DNA from: an uncultured Lachnobacterium sp.
Lineage (GTDB): Bacteria; Bacillota; Clostridia; Lachnospirales; Lachnospiraceae
Length of the DNA stretch: 41,671 nucleotides
Assembly: GCA_964398745.1 (NCBI GenBank)
Contig: CAYNOE010000001.1
Span: forward strand, 1 to 41,671
Direction: 5' to 3'
Below are positions 28,017-35,967 of this stretch, piece after piece. Each line of letters opens with the position of its first letter. Position 1 is the first letter of the stretch. A model generated the notes under the pieces. That model was not told the DNA's origin, made no database searches, and was given only the letters and a program-made list of their open reading frames with translations. Both the position numbers and the translations under genes were made by a program.

Positions 28017-29214
28017 TTTTTGTTCCTTCCATTGTTGTAAGAGCTTTGGCATATGCGTCATCATCCTTTTCAAATATTTCAACCTTCACCTTGTAAATTC
28101 GAAGCCCTGCCTGTGGACGGCTTAAATCATCCACGATATCCAGCGCTTCTGTCCTGGTAGACGGCTGGCTTGTCGGTCCGTTTAAGGCAACTGACGTCAG
28201 TTCACTTGCAATCTCATTGCCTTCCGTATACCTGAGGTTTGTAGTAATACTTGTAACCGGCTTATCCCAGACACGGTTCCCTTCATTTACTTCAAGCCCG
28301 ACACTGTAATTATTTTTGTAAGCCATATTTGCCGTATCGTCCAGTTCCGTCTGCTTCACCAGATAAATATTTACCGGATAATTCATCGGGTTATTAATGA
28401 CAATCTTCTCTTTCGGTGCAAGCTTTGTACCGGACGGACTGTACATTGGCATAAAGCAGACGAAAATATTCGTAAGTTTATTTGAAAGCGCAGAACTGTT
28501 ACTGTAAAACTGATCCTTTACCAGCTGGGAAAAACTTCCTCCCGATGCATCTGAATATGTAATTGTGGCAAATACCTCGCAGAGTCCGTTCGCTGCATTA
28601 TAGTCAATATCAATCGTAATCGTCCTGGTCATACTGTTTTTTGTAGTTTCGACTGATGAAGGCATATTATCCGGTGCCAGCCCTGCCGCTCCCAGATCAT
28701 CCAGATTGGCAGCCTGAATATAAAAACCGTTAGTAGACGGCGACATTTTGGACAGCTTCGCAAACAGCTGGCTGTTATAATCGCTTTTCTTTTTTGTCTC
28801 CCCCGCCTTTGTCGTATAGGTAAGCGGATCAACCGTCACGCGGGCAAGGAATGTTCTCTCGTCAACCGTCACCCTGAAATTTTCCGGATGGGAAGTATCC
28901 GGCAGAATATGCCTGAACATCTCCTTTCCCTGTTCGTCAAGCTGGGGTGTCACATTGTCCGACTTCATAATCTTCTGGCTGGTTTCCGTATGGGCGGTTA
29001 TAAAGTCCTCCAGCTTTTCCCCCTTAAGCTCTTCGAAAATATTCTGTGCCGCCGTAGTCGCATCCATCAGTTTTTTCGCTTTCGCATTTGCGCGGGCCGC
29101 AGAAAAAAAGCTGTTTAAAAGAGGAATCACAACAATCGCCAGAACTACGACTGCGACCAGTACTTCAACCAGTGTAAAACCCTGATTTGAATTTTTCTCC
29201 TTCTTTTCAATCAT
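28009..29214 (-). CDS. Minor type IV pilin (PilV/GspI-like), extended
   Basis: Class III leader NQG|FTLVEVL followed by AT.AAQNIFEELK. Confidence 0.87.
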   Translation of the reverse strand: MIEKKEKNSNQGFTLVEVLVAVVVLAIVVIPLLNSFFSAARANAKAKKLMDATTAAQNIFEELKGEKLEDFITAHTETSQKIMKSDNVTPQLDEQGKEMFRHILPDTSHPENFRVTVDERTFLARVTVDPLTYTTKAGETKKKSDYNSQLFAKLSKMSPSTNGFYIQAANLDDLGAAGLAPDNMPSSVETTKNSMTRTITIDIDYNAANGLCEVFATITYSDASGGSFSQLVKDQFYSNSSALSNKLTNIFVCFMPMYSPSGTKLAPKEKIVINNPMNYPVNIYLVKQTELDDTANMAYKNNYSVGLEVNEGNRVWDKPVTSITTNLRYTEGNEIASELTSVALNGPTSQPSTRTEALDIVDDLSRPQAGLRIYKVKVEIFEKDDDAYAKALTTMEGTKIE

Positions 29215-29219
29215 TCAAA

Positions 29220-30080
29220 TCAGCCCCCTTTCTTTTTTTTGGACTTTGACGCCTTTTTCTTTCCTCCTGAATTACTGTCTGCCTTTTTTAAGCTTCCAAA
29301 GATATTGGAAAGTCCGTGCTTCATCTTGCCAGGATCCGGATCCTCATATACTTTTTCCGTACCAGTGACAAAATACATATTCATGGTCATATTCCCAATC
29401 AGCTTACCGCTCTCTTCATTATAGGTAATTGCAATATCACTGATATTTCTCTTGTTCTTGTCATCCAGAACATTGCTTACAATCTTTTTAAGATCCTCGT
29501 AGCTGGTCTGGAAATCATAGCTGACAACCATGTCGTAAAGATTGTAATCCGGTTTTACGACCTGCGACTCTTCAATAATTCCAAGCTCCGAACCAGTGCC
29601 TGTTCCGGAAGCATCGGGAGCCGCCGCGGTATCCGCTGTGGTATCTGTCCCGCCTGCGGCCGCCGCATCCTCTTCGTCCGAAGACGATTCAACGGTGGCA
29701 AGCCCGGCCGAATCCATATTGTCTCCGTTCATGGCATAAACCAGACTACCCGGCGCCACACCCACGGTAGATATTTTCATATCGGAAGTATTTTCCAGTT
29801 TCTTTCCATAAAGAATAGCATCCTCTGTCCGAAGCTCTGCCGGAAACTGGTTTAAAATATCGGCATTTTCTGATTCGAACGCCTCCTTCTGCGTCTGGTA
29901 AGTCGTAAGGTTTGATTCAAGCTCAGTCAGCTTCTGCAGCTGCTCGTTTAACTTGTGGTTTTCTTCTGTAAGCTGCCGTTTTGTTTCATCCAGCCTTGGT
30001 TTTGCAACAGTCCATGACAGGACAAGAACCGCAACCCCGAATAATATAATCAGCAGTTTCGCTGCTCCATTTGATTTCAT
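29220..30080 (-). CDS. pilO: Type IV pilus alignment protein, PilO-like
   Basis: N-terminal TM, coiled coil, then FP, YEDLKKIV and a ferredoxin-like C-terminal region. Directly follows pilMN. Confidence 0.7.
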   Translation of the reverse strand: MKSNGAAKLLIILFGVAVLVLSWTVAKPRLDETKRQLTEENHKLNEQLQKLTELESNLTTYQTQKEAFESENADILNQFPAELRTEDAILYGKKLENTSDMKISTVGVAPGSLVYAMNGDNMDSAGLATVESSSDEEDAAAAGGTDTTADTAAAPDASGTGTGSELGIIEESQVVKPDYNLYDMVVSYDFQTSYEDLKKIVSNVLDDKNKRNISDIAITYNEESGKLIGNMTMNMYFVTGTEKVYEDPDPGKMKHGLSNIFGSLKKADSNSGGKKKASKSKKKKGG

Positions 30081-30092
30081 AGCTGTCTCCTT

Positions 30093-31778
30093 TTACTGTG
30101 CACTTTCTGTTGATTCTGTCGATTCCGTTTCCGCTTCTGCCGGAGATTCTTCTGTTTCTTCCTCATCATCCTCAAGTCCGGTATAGGTAAGGGTAACGCT
30201 TATATTTACCTTCTTCTTTCCGGAATCGCTTTCTTCCTCTGTAATACCGCTGCTGTCTATATTGTATACGGTACTAAATCTCCTCAGCCTGATCAGCATA
30301 TCCGCAGCCGAATTCTTTGAATCGCAGGTCGCCGTAATGCTAACCGTTTCCCCGCTGACACTTAATGCAGATACCAGCAGGTCGGAAGGCATATTCGATT
30401 CCAGTTCGTCAATCAGTTCAAGAAATGCATCATTCGGTACGTTGGAACTGCTCTCAATCATATGAATCCCGTCATTAATAACCTTCGAGGTCAGATAACT
30501 GTTATATTCATCAATGACACTGCTTTTTGCATCAATCGAACTCTGCAGGTTTTTATTTTCCGACTCAAGTGAAATATTGCCAAGCATCAGAACCCCGACA
30601 ATTGCTCCCGCACCTATCAGGCATCCAAGGCAGGCCAGCACCGGAAGCGCCATGGAACCGCCGGAAGCACCGCTTTCTGATGATTTTTTCTTTTTATCAT
30701 CTGCTGCAAACGTAAAATTCAGCGGCTTGATTGCGCAGGCGATATTGATATAGTACTCCCCGATATTAAATTTCTTTGCGGAAAGATCCCGCATGGCATC
30801 GCCTGAACCAAAACTGCTTACCGGGGTAACCTTTAACCCAAGCTCATTGCTTAAAAGGATGTCCAGTCCGTTACAGCTTGCACCAAGTCCCAAAAGCGTC
30901 AGTTCCTGAAGTTCCACATCCGAATGCCTGGAAGAAAAATAATCCAGTACACGGGAAATATTTCCAATCAGCATTGCAAGGGACTGTGAGATGCTGTCCT
31001 TGGCGCTTGTGGTGGAAAACTCATCCTCCGCCCTGTCCGGTCTGAGCTGGTCCGAAAAACTCGGATTCATCTGCATGACGGCAAGGGCGTCCATATAAGA
31101 GGCATCCCTTGATACAAGCGGCGTCTGCAGCATGGCAAACACGGCTTCATCCATACCATAGCCGATACTGCGCTGCAGCACAATCTGGCTGTTCTGGATT
31201 ACGGTCAGCATGGAATTGTTGTCATCAATACAAAGGGTTGCCGACAGTTCCGGCGACATGGTAGCCATCATCGCTTCATAAATACTGTTTCCAAAATAAT
31301 CCAGTGCTATAAGCTGCATATCCATCGCCTTTGCAAGGAGCTGGTAAGAACTAATCAGCGCATTCGGCACCGCATAAATGGAAATACGCATCTGCTTTTC
31401 GGATTTTATGGTTTCGATTACACGGTACACCATCTGGTAGAGTGCAAGATCTACCGGAAAATAGTCCTTTGCGTTAGCCATTAAAATCGGCCTGATTTTG
31501 CTTTCCTTGACCAGTGGGATGGTTACCTCACGGTTTGCCACACGGGTGGAAGAAATCGTAAACATAATGCGGTTTGTCTGGATTCCGTTTTCTGTCATTC
31601 CCTGCTTCATCCGGCGAACAAATTCATCGGTTACATGCACTCCGTCATCATTTAATACACCCTCCGGCGTTTCAAATGCATACGCATGGTAAATCTTCGG
31701 ATTTTTACTCTCATGGTCCACTTCCGCCACATGCGTAATACTGTAACCGATCTTGATACTAACGATTTTTCCCGCCAT
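30093..31778 (-). CDS. pilM: Fused PilM-PilN type IV pilus assembly protein
   Basis: Actin-like PilM region (ETPEG, RVLDYF, LLGLGA...GLD..L..ELG), then PLNF (PilN INLL-like motif), a TM helix, coiled coil and PilN-like LE..MP domain. Confidence 0.82.
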   Translation of the reverse strand: MAGKIVSIKIGYSITHVAEVDHESKNPKIYHAYAFETPEGVLNDDGVHVTDEFVRRMKQGMTENGIQTNRIMFTISSTRVANREVTIPLVKESKIRPILMANAKDYFPVDLALYQMVYRVIETIKSEKQMRISIYAVPNALISSYQLLAKAMDMQLIALDYFGNSIYEAMMATMSPELSATLCIDDNNSMLTVIQNSQIVLQRSIGYGMDEAVFAMLQTPLVSRDASYMDALAVMQMNPSFSDQLRPDRAEDEFSTTSAKDSISQSLAMLIGNISRVLDYFSSRHSDVELQELTLLGLGASCNGLDILLSNELGLKVTPVSSFGSGDAMRDLSAKKFNIGEYYINIACAIKPLNFTFAADDKKKKSSESGASGGSMALPVLACLGCLIGAGAIVGVLMLGNISLESENKNLQSSIDAKSSVIDEYNSYLTSKVINDGIHMIESSSNVPNDAFLELIDELESNMPSDLLVSALSVSGETVSITATCDSKNSAADMLIRLRRFSTVYNIDSSGITEEESDSGKKKVNISVTLTYTGLEDDEEETEESPAEAETESTESTESAQ

Positions 31779-31833
31779 TTTCTTTTTCTCTCCTGTCTCT
31801 ATTAATTAAGAAATCAATCATTCTAAAGTATAC

Positions 31834-32610
31834 TTAAGGCCTTAGCATATCCAGATAAAGCCTTACCAGCCCGTCCCCCCAGAGGGCGGATATATAAATT
31901 CCTGCCGCAAGATACGGTCCGAGTGCGAGCATGTGCCCGGTATGCGTAATTTTCATCCTGGCAACATGGATAATGGAGCCAAGGATACATCCTATAACCA
32001 GCGCAAGCAGGATATTCTTCCATCCAAGGAGCAGTCCGGCCGCCGCCATCAGCTTTACGTCACCTCCGCCAAGCGCCCTTCCCCTGCTGGCAAGAACAAT
32101 CAGTTCCAGCGGCACACTGATCGCCAGAAAACCGGCTATATAGTTCTGCCATCCTGCGGGGTCAGAAAACAGATGAACCAGCCCGAGTACAAAAATAAAC
32201 ACATTGATTCCGAAAGGAATCTCGCAGGTGCGGAAATCAATTACCGAAAGAACAATTAACGCCGATGTAAGAAAACAGTACAAAACACTTGTAAAATTAA
32301 TACCGTTTACAACAACAGCAATAACGCACAAAATTCCGTTCAGGCCCTCGACCAGAGGATACTGCGCGGAAATCCTGGCTTTGCATTTGCGGCACTTCCC
32401 GCCAAGCGCAAGATAGCTGAAAACAGGAACCATGTCATACCAGCTTAACTGGTATCCGCAGTTCATGCAGTGCGACCGTCTGGTCACGACCGATTCTTTT
32501 TCTGGTATGCGAAGGATGCATACATTTAAAAAACTTCCGATTACAAGTCCGAACGCCAGTACTGCGGCTGCAGCCGGAATTATTTCGTATAGTTCATACT
32601 CCGGGTTCAT
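31834..32610 (-). CDS. pilD: Prepilin peptidase / N-methyltransferase (A24)
   Basis: GSFLNVCI.RIP, two CxxC Zn motifs (CMNC, CRKC), and catalytic Asp motifs VIDF and GGGDVKL. ATG 32610 chosen as start. Confidence 0.95.
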   Translation of the reverse strand: MNPEYELYEIIPAAAAVLAFGLVIGSFLNVCILRIPEKESVVTRRSHCMNCGYQLSWYDMVPVFSYLALGGKCRKCKARISAQYPLVEGLNGILCVIAVVVNGINFTSVLYCFLTSALIVLSVIDFRTCEIPFGINVFIFVLGLVHLFSDPAGWQNYIAGFLAISVPLELIVLASRGRALGGGDVKLMAAAGLLLGWKNILLALVIGCILGSIIHVARMKITHTGHMLALGPYLAAGIYISALWGDGLVRLYLDMLRP

Positions 32611-32698
32611 TGTCTTTTCTTCTTTCCTGTTTCCTTCCAGCAGTATTTTGGTCTGTGGTTTCTTCTGTTTCATAAAACCGCAGAATATTCTTAATTTT

Positions 32699-32742
32699 AT
32701 GATAACACAAGATGTACCACAACGCAATCGTTTGTGGTACAT
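32699..32742 (-). promoter_or_regulatory. Internal sigma-A promoter for pilD and downstream genes, with an overlapping palindromic operator
   Basis: Minus strand TTGCGT (32727-32722)-17 nt-TATCAT (32704-32699) with TG extension. The inverted repeat ATGTACCACAA-N9-TTGTGGTACAT (32712-32742) straddles the -35. Confidence 0.6.
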
Positions 32743-32842
32743 TTTCCTGTAGTAAGTATTATTTTTTATGCCTTATGTACTTTTTAAAAATAAACGGCTC
32801 CTGCGTTTGCTGTTACTCTGCTTTTTTTACTTAATAATATGA

Positions 32843-33029
32843 AAGTACATTCACCGGACAAAAAACCCTTTATTTTTCGGCCCGTGAATATACTTATAAA
32901 ACAAGCAGTGTATCATCCGGCCGCCATATGTAATTCCACAAAGAATTCTTAAGCGGCAACGGATACACTGCATTCTGCCAAAACAGTCCCTCTCATCCGG
33001 TAGGGTACGGATCTAAAACCGTTGTGGCA
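32843..33029 (-). ncRNA. Structured 3' region of the pilin transcript: three tandem hairpins
   Basis: Hairpins at 33029-32976, 32971-32905 and 32895-32843. Several apparent mismatches become G-U pairs only on the minus (sense) strand. The middle hairpin is followed by TTGTTTT (terminator-like). Confidence 0.55.
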
Positions 33030-33060
33030 TTCAAAAGGTTTATATCAGCAAAGCCTGGTC

Positions 33061-33525
33061 TTAAATTGGCTTAGGCGGCTGTGTATTGTCAGCTGCGCAG
33101 TCATAATAGCTTGACTTACCCTGGTATTCTTTCCCGCCTGTAGAAGGAGTATATTTGCATCCTGGAGCAGTATCCCATTTTTTTCCTTTAAGCGGAAGAG
33201 GCGTGGACTCACTCTTAATGACGCCGGCTGTCACCAGTTCCTTCTTGACTGCTGCTTCCAAGGTGGTATTACTACAAGTTGGTGACGCGCCAAGTGTAAG
33301 TTGAATATGATCACTCTTACCAACATCTTCCTTATCAGCACAGTATGCCTCTAATGTAGTGATAACGGAATCCAGGTTGTTCAAATCCGTACTCTGTCTT
33401 GACTTCTCCACGTAACGGATGAATAACGGTGCAAGAACACCAACGAGCACTGCCATAATGGCAATAACAACGATTAACTCTACGAGAGAGAAACCTTTGT
33501 TGTTTGAAACTTCATTCTTTTTCAT
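33061..33525 (-). CDS. pilA: Probable major type IV pilin
   Basis: AAAGGAG RBS and leader MKKNEVSNNKG|FSLVELIVVIAIMAVLVGVLAP. About 143 aa mature; sits between pilC and pilD and is flanked by stem-loops. Confidence 0.85.
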   Translation of the reverse strand: MKKNEVSNNKGFSLVELIVVIAIMAVLVGVLAPLFIRYVEKSRQSTDLNNLDSVITTLEAYCADKEDVGKSDHIQLTLGASPTCSNTTLEAAVKKELVTAGVIKSESTPLPLKGKKWDTAPGCKYTPSTGGKEYQGKSSYYDCAADNTQPPKPI

Positions 33526-33554
33526 ATCTCTTTCTCCTTTTTTCATGAATTATT

Positions 33555-33595
33555 TATCTCATCCCCCGCCCCTACAACGGGGGTCGGATACACTG
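33555..33595 (-). other. Stem-loop in the 5' leader of the pilin gene
   Basis: Minus strand CAGTGTATCCGACCCCCGTTGTAGGGGCGGGGGATGAGATA: CCCCCGTT/GGCGGGGG stem with G-U pairs and ATCC/GGAT at the base. Confidence 0.55.
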
Positions 33596-33604
33596 TTATA
33601 TATT

Positions 33605-34819
33605 TTACAGATTATCCATGTTCTGGTACATTGCAAACATCGGCGACATAATTGCCGCTACCAGCGTTCCCACGACTGCAGCCAGCACAAGGATTACCAT
33701 CGGCTCAATTGCCGCCACCACGGTCTGGGTGGCCATTTCCACTTCCTCGTCATAGTAATCCGCCAGGCGGTTTAACATTTCTTCGAGCTGCCCTGTTTCC
33801 TCTCCAATTTTTGCCATATGGCCGACCATCGGCGGAAACATGTCATCGCTTAAAAGCGGTTCCGACATTGCCACGCCCTTCATAACCTCGTCCTTTACAT
33901 CCATAACCTTCTTTTTGTAAAGATAATTGGTCATGGTTCCCGCCGTGATGCCAAGCGCATCCGTCATATTCAGGCCGGAATAAATCAGCGTACTCATCAT
34001 GCGGGCGAAACTGGATGCCGCACTTTTGATTGTAAGGACGCCAAAAATCGGCATATTTCTTGAAACTGTTGCAAAAAATACCTGGCCACCCTGCGTCGCC
34101 GCATAGGCTTTAATCGCCACAACGATTACTACAATCACCGCAATCAGTATATACCAGCGCGCAATCAAAAAATCACTCATTGCCACAACCATCTGCGTAA
34201 TCTTCGGAAGTTCAGTTCCCATGTCTTCAAACATGGACTGATAACTCGGAATTACCTTGACCAGCATGACGACTACCACGGCAACCGCAACGATTGCAAC
34301 GATAATCGGGTATGTAGCGGCTTTTTTGACAATACCGCGCATCTTGGCGGCTTTTTCAAAATATACGGACATTCTTGTAAAAGCAATGTCCAGTTTACCG
34401 GACGCCTCACCGGCATTTACCATTTCCACCATGACATCCGGGAATACATCCGGGAATTTTGCCATGGCGCTTCCCAGCGTCTCGCCTTTTCCAATCTCAA
34501 TCTTGGCGCCGCCGATTGCAGCCGCCAGCTTTTTATTTTCGGTCTGCTCTTCGAGCATCCCCAGGGAATCCATAATCGTAACACCCGCCTGCAGCATACT
34601 TGTAATCTGGCGGCAGAACACGCTCAAATCCCTCGGCTTAATCTTGCCGCCGATTCCGATATTTAAATCGCGCTCCATAATGCCTGCTTTTTTGACTTCC
34701 ACAGGCGTCATTTTGTCCCTGCGGATTATATCATAGACTTCATCCATGGACTCCGCCTTTATGTTTCCCCTTTTTTCCTTGCCGTCGGTTCCGATGGCTC
34801 TGTATACAAATTCAGCCAT
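33605..34819 (-). CDS. pilC: Type IV pilus inner-membrane platform protein PilC (GspF family)
   Basis: FCRQ..SML.AGV, AGEASGKLD, AATYP, IGEETGQLEEML and IEP motifs. Confidence 0.96.
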   Translation of the reverse strand: MAEFVYRAIGTDGKEKRGNIKAESMDEVYDIIRRDKMTPVEVKKAGIMERDLNIGIGGKIKPRDLSVFCRQITSMLQAGVTIMDSLGMLEEQTENKKLAAAIGGAKIEIGKGETLGSAMAKFPDVFPDVMVEMVNAGEASGKLDIAFTRMSVYFEKAAKMRGIVKKAATYPIIVAIVAVAVVVVMLVKVIPSYQSMFEDMGTELPKITQMVVAMSDFLIARWYILIAVIVVIVVAIKAYAATQGGQVFFATVSRNMPIFGVLTIKSAASSFARMMSTLIYSGLNMTDALGITAGTMTNYLYKKKVMDVKDEVMKGVAMSEPLLSDDMFPPMVGHMAKIGEETGQLEEMLNRLADYYDEEVEMATQTVVAAIEPMVILVLAAVVGTLVAAIMSPMFAMYQNMDNL

Positions 34820-34844
34820 GTTTTACTCCTTTTTGTTTCATGAC

Positions 34845-35939
34845 CTAATAATAATTTCCTGTCCGCGTTTCCATTCCCGGCTGGTCCTGCGCATAAGCAA
34901 TCGCCGTCTTTCTGTCGATATGGTTCGACATCAGAAGGTTGTATATGCAGTCATCCATGGCCTGCATCCCTTCCTTTCTTCCGGTCTGGATCATGGTCGG
35001 AATCTGGAAGGATTTCCCCTCCCGGATCAGGTTGCGGATTGCCGGATTGGCAATCAGTACTTCAAACGCGCCGGAGCGTCCGCCGTCTTTTCTCGGCAGA
35101 AGCTGCTGGGCGATAATTCCTTCAATAACCCCCGCAAACTGGATACGGATCTGCTGCTGCTGGTGCGGCGGGAATACGTCGATGACACGGTCCACTGCAT
35201 CCGCCGCACTGTTTGTATGCAGTGTGGAAAACACAAGATGTCCGGTCTCAGCAGCCGTAATGGCTGTCGAAATCGTCTCAAGGTCACGCATCTCCCCCAC
35301 GAGAATTACATCCGGATCCTCGCGGAGCGCCGCACGTACCGCGCTTGCATAGCTTGCGGAATCGCTCCCGATCTCACGCTGCGTCACCATCGACATACTG
35401 TGGTCATGCAGGTACTCAATCGGGTCTTCCAGCGTAATAATGTTCTTCTGGTAGGTGGTTGCTATTATATGTATCAGGGAGGCAAGTGTCGTGGATTTGC
35501 CGGAACCCGTCGCCCCGGTCACCAGAACCAGCCCTCTCCTTCTGTTTGTCAAATCCACAACCGAATTCGGCAGCCCGAGCTGCTGCGGAGTCGGAATCGA
35601 AACGGAAAGGATTCGAAGCGCCAGGCTGTAGCCTCCGCGCTGTTTGAATGCGTTTACCCTGACCCTCGCATATCCCGGACAGGAATACGCACAGTCAAGT
35701 TCCCCGTCAGTTTCCAGAATCTTCCACTGTTCCTCGTCTATCATTTCCTCAAGTACGCGTTCTATCATTTCCGCGTTCAGCGGGAACTCCGTTACTTTTA
35801 TCATGTTTCCGTCAATCCTGATCATTAACGGGCAGTTCGGAGCCAGATGTATATCAGACGCATGGTGACCGGAAGAATATCTTAAAATCCCCTCCGCCGT
35901 CATGCTTGTCAGATAATCACCGCCCAATAGCTCTTCCAT
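34845..35939 (-). CDS. pilT: Type IV pilus retraction ATPase
   Basis: Walker A GATGSGKST, LEDPIE, Walker B LREDPDVILVGEMRD, His box TGHLVFSTLH and the PilT-specific AIRNLIRE motif. Confidence 0.96.
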   Translation of the reverse strand: MEELLGGDYLTSMTAEGILRYSSGHHASDIHLAPNCPLMIRIDGNMIKVTEFPLNAEMIERVLEEMIDEEQWKILETDGELDCAYSCPGYARVRVNAFKQRGGYSLALRILSVSIPTPQQLGLPNSVVDLTNRRRGLVLVTGATGSGKSTTLASLIHIIATTYQKNIITLEDPIEYLHDHSMSMVTQREIGSDSASYASAVRAALREDPDVILVGEMRDLETISTAITAAETGHLVFSTLHTNSAADAVDRVIDVFPPHQQQQIRIQFAGVIEGIIAQQLLPRKDGGRSGAFEVLIANPAIRNLIREGKSFQIPTMIQTGRKEGMQAMDDCIYNLLMSNHIDRKTAIAYAQDQPGMETRTGNYY

Positions 35940-35967
35940 AACCTATCCTCCACTTTTTTCTAATCGT

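Noticed and set aside
32611-32742. 44-aa N-terminal extension of PilD in the ORF track
   Set aside because: It overlaps the predicted promoter and operator; PilD homology begins near ATG 32610.
32611-33060. c-di-GMP-I/II riboswitch or self-cleaving ribozyme near the pilin gene
   Set aside because: Expected by analogy with C. difficile pilA1, but I could not find the GGCAAA...GAAA...GACGCAAAG (class I), GGGCACUUG/GUGCAAC (class II) or CUGAUGA...GAAA (hammerhead) cores. Reported instead as an unassigned structured region.
34746-35828. 360-aa + strand ORF
   Set aside because: Antisense shadow of pilT with no recognisable domain; codon bias of the real gene explains the lack of stops.
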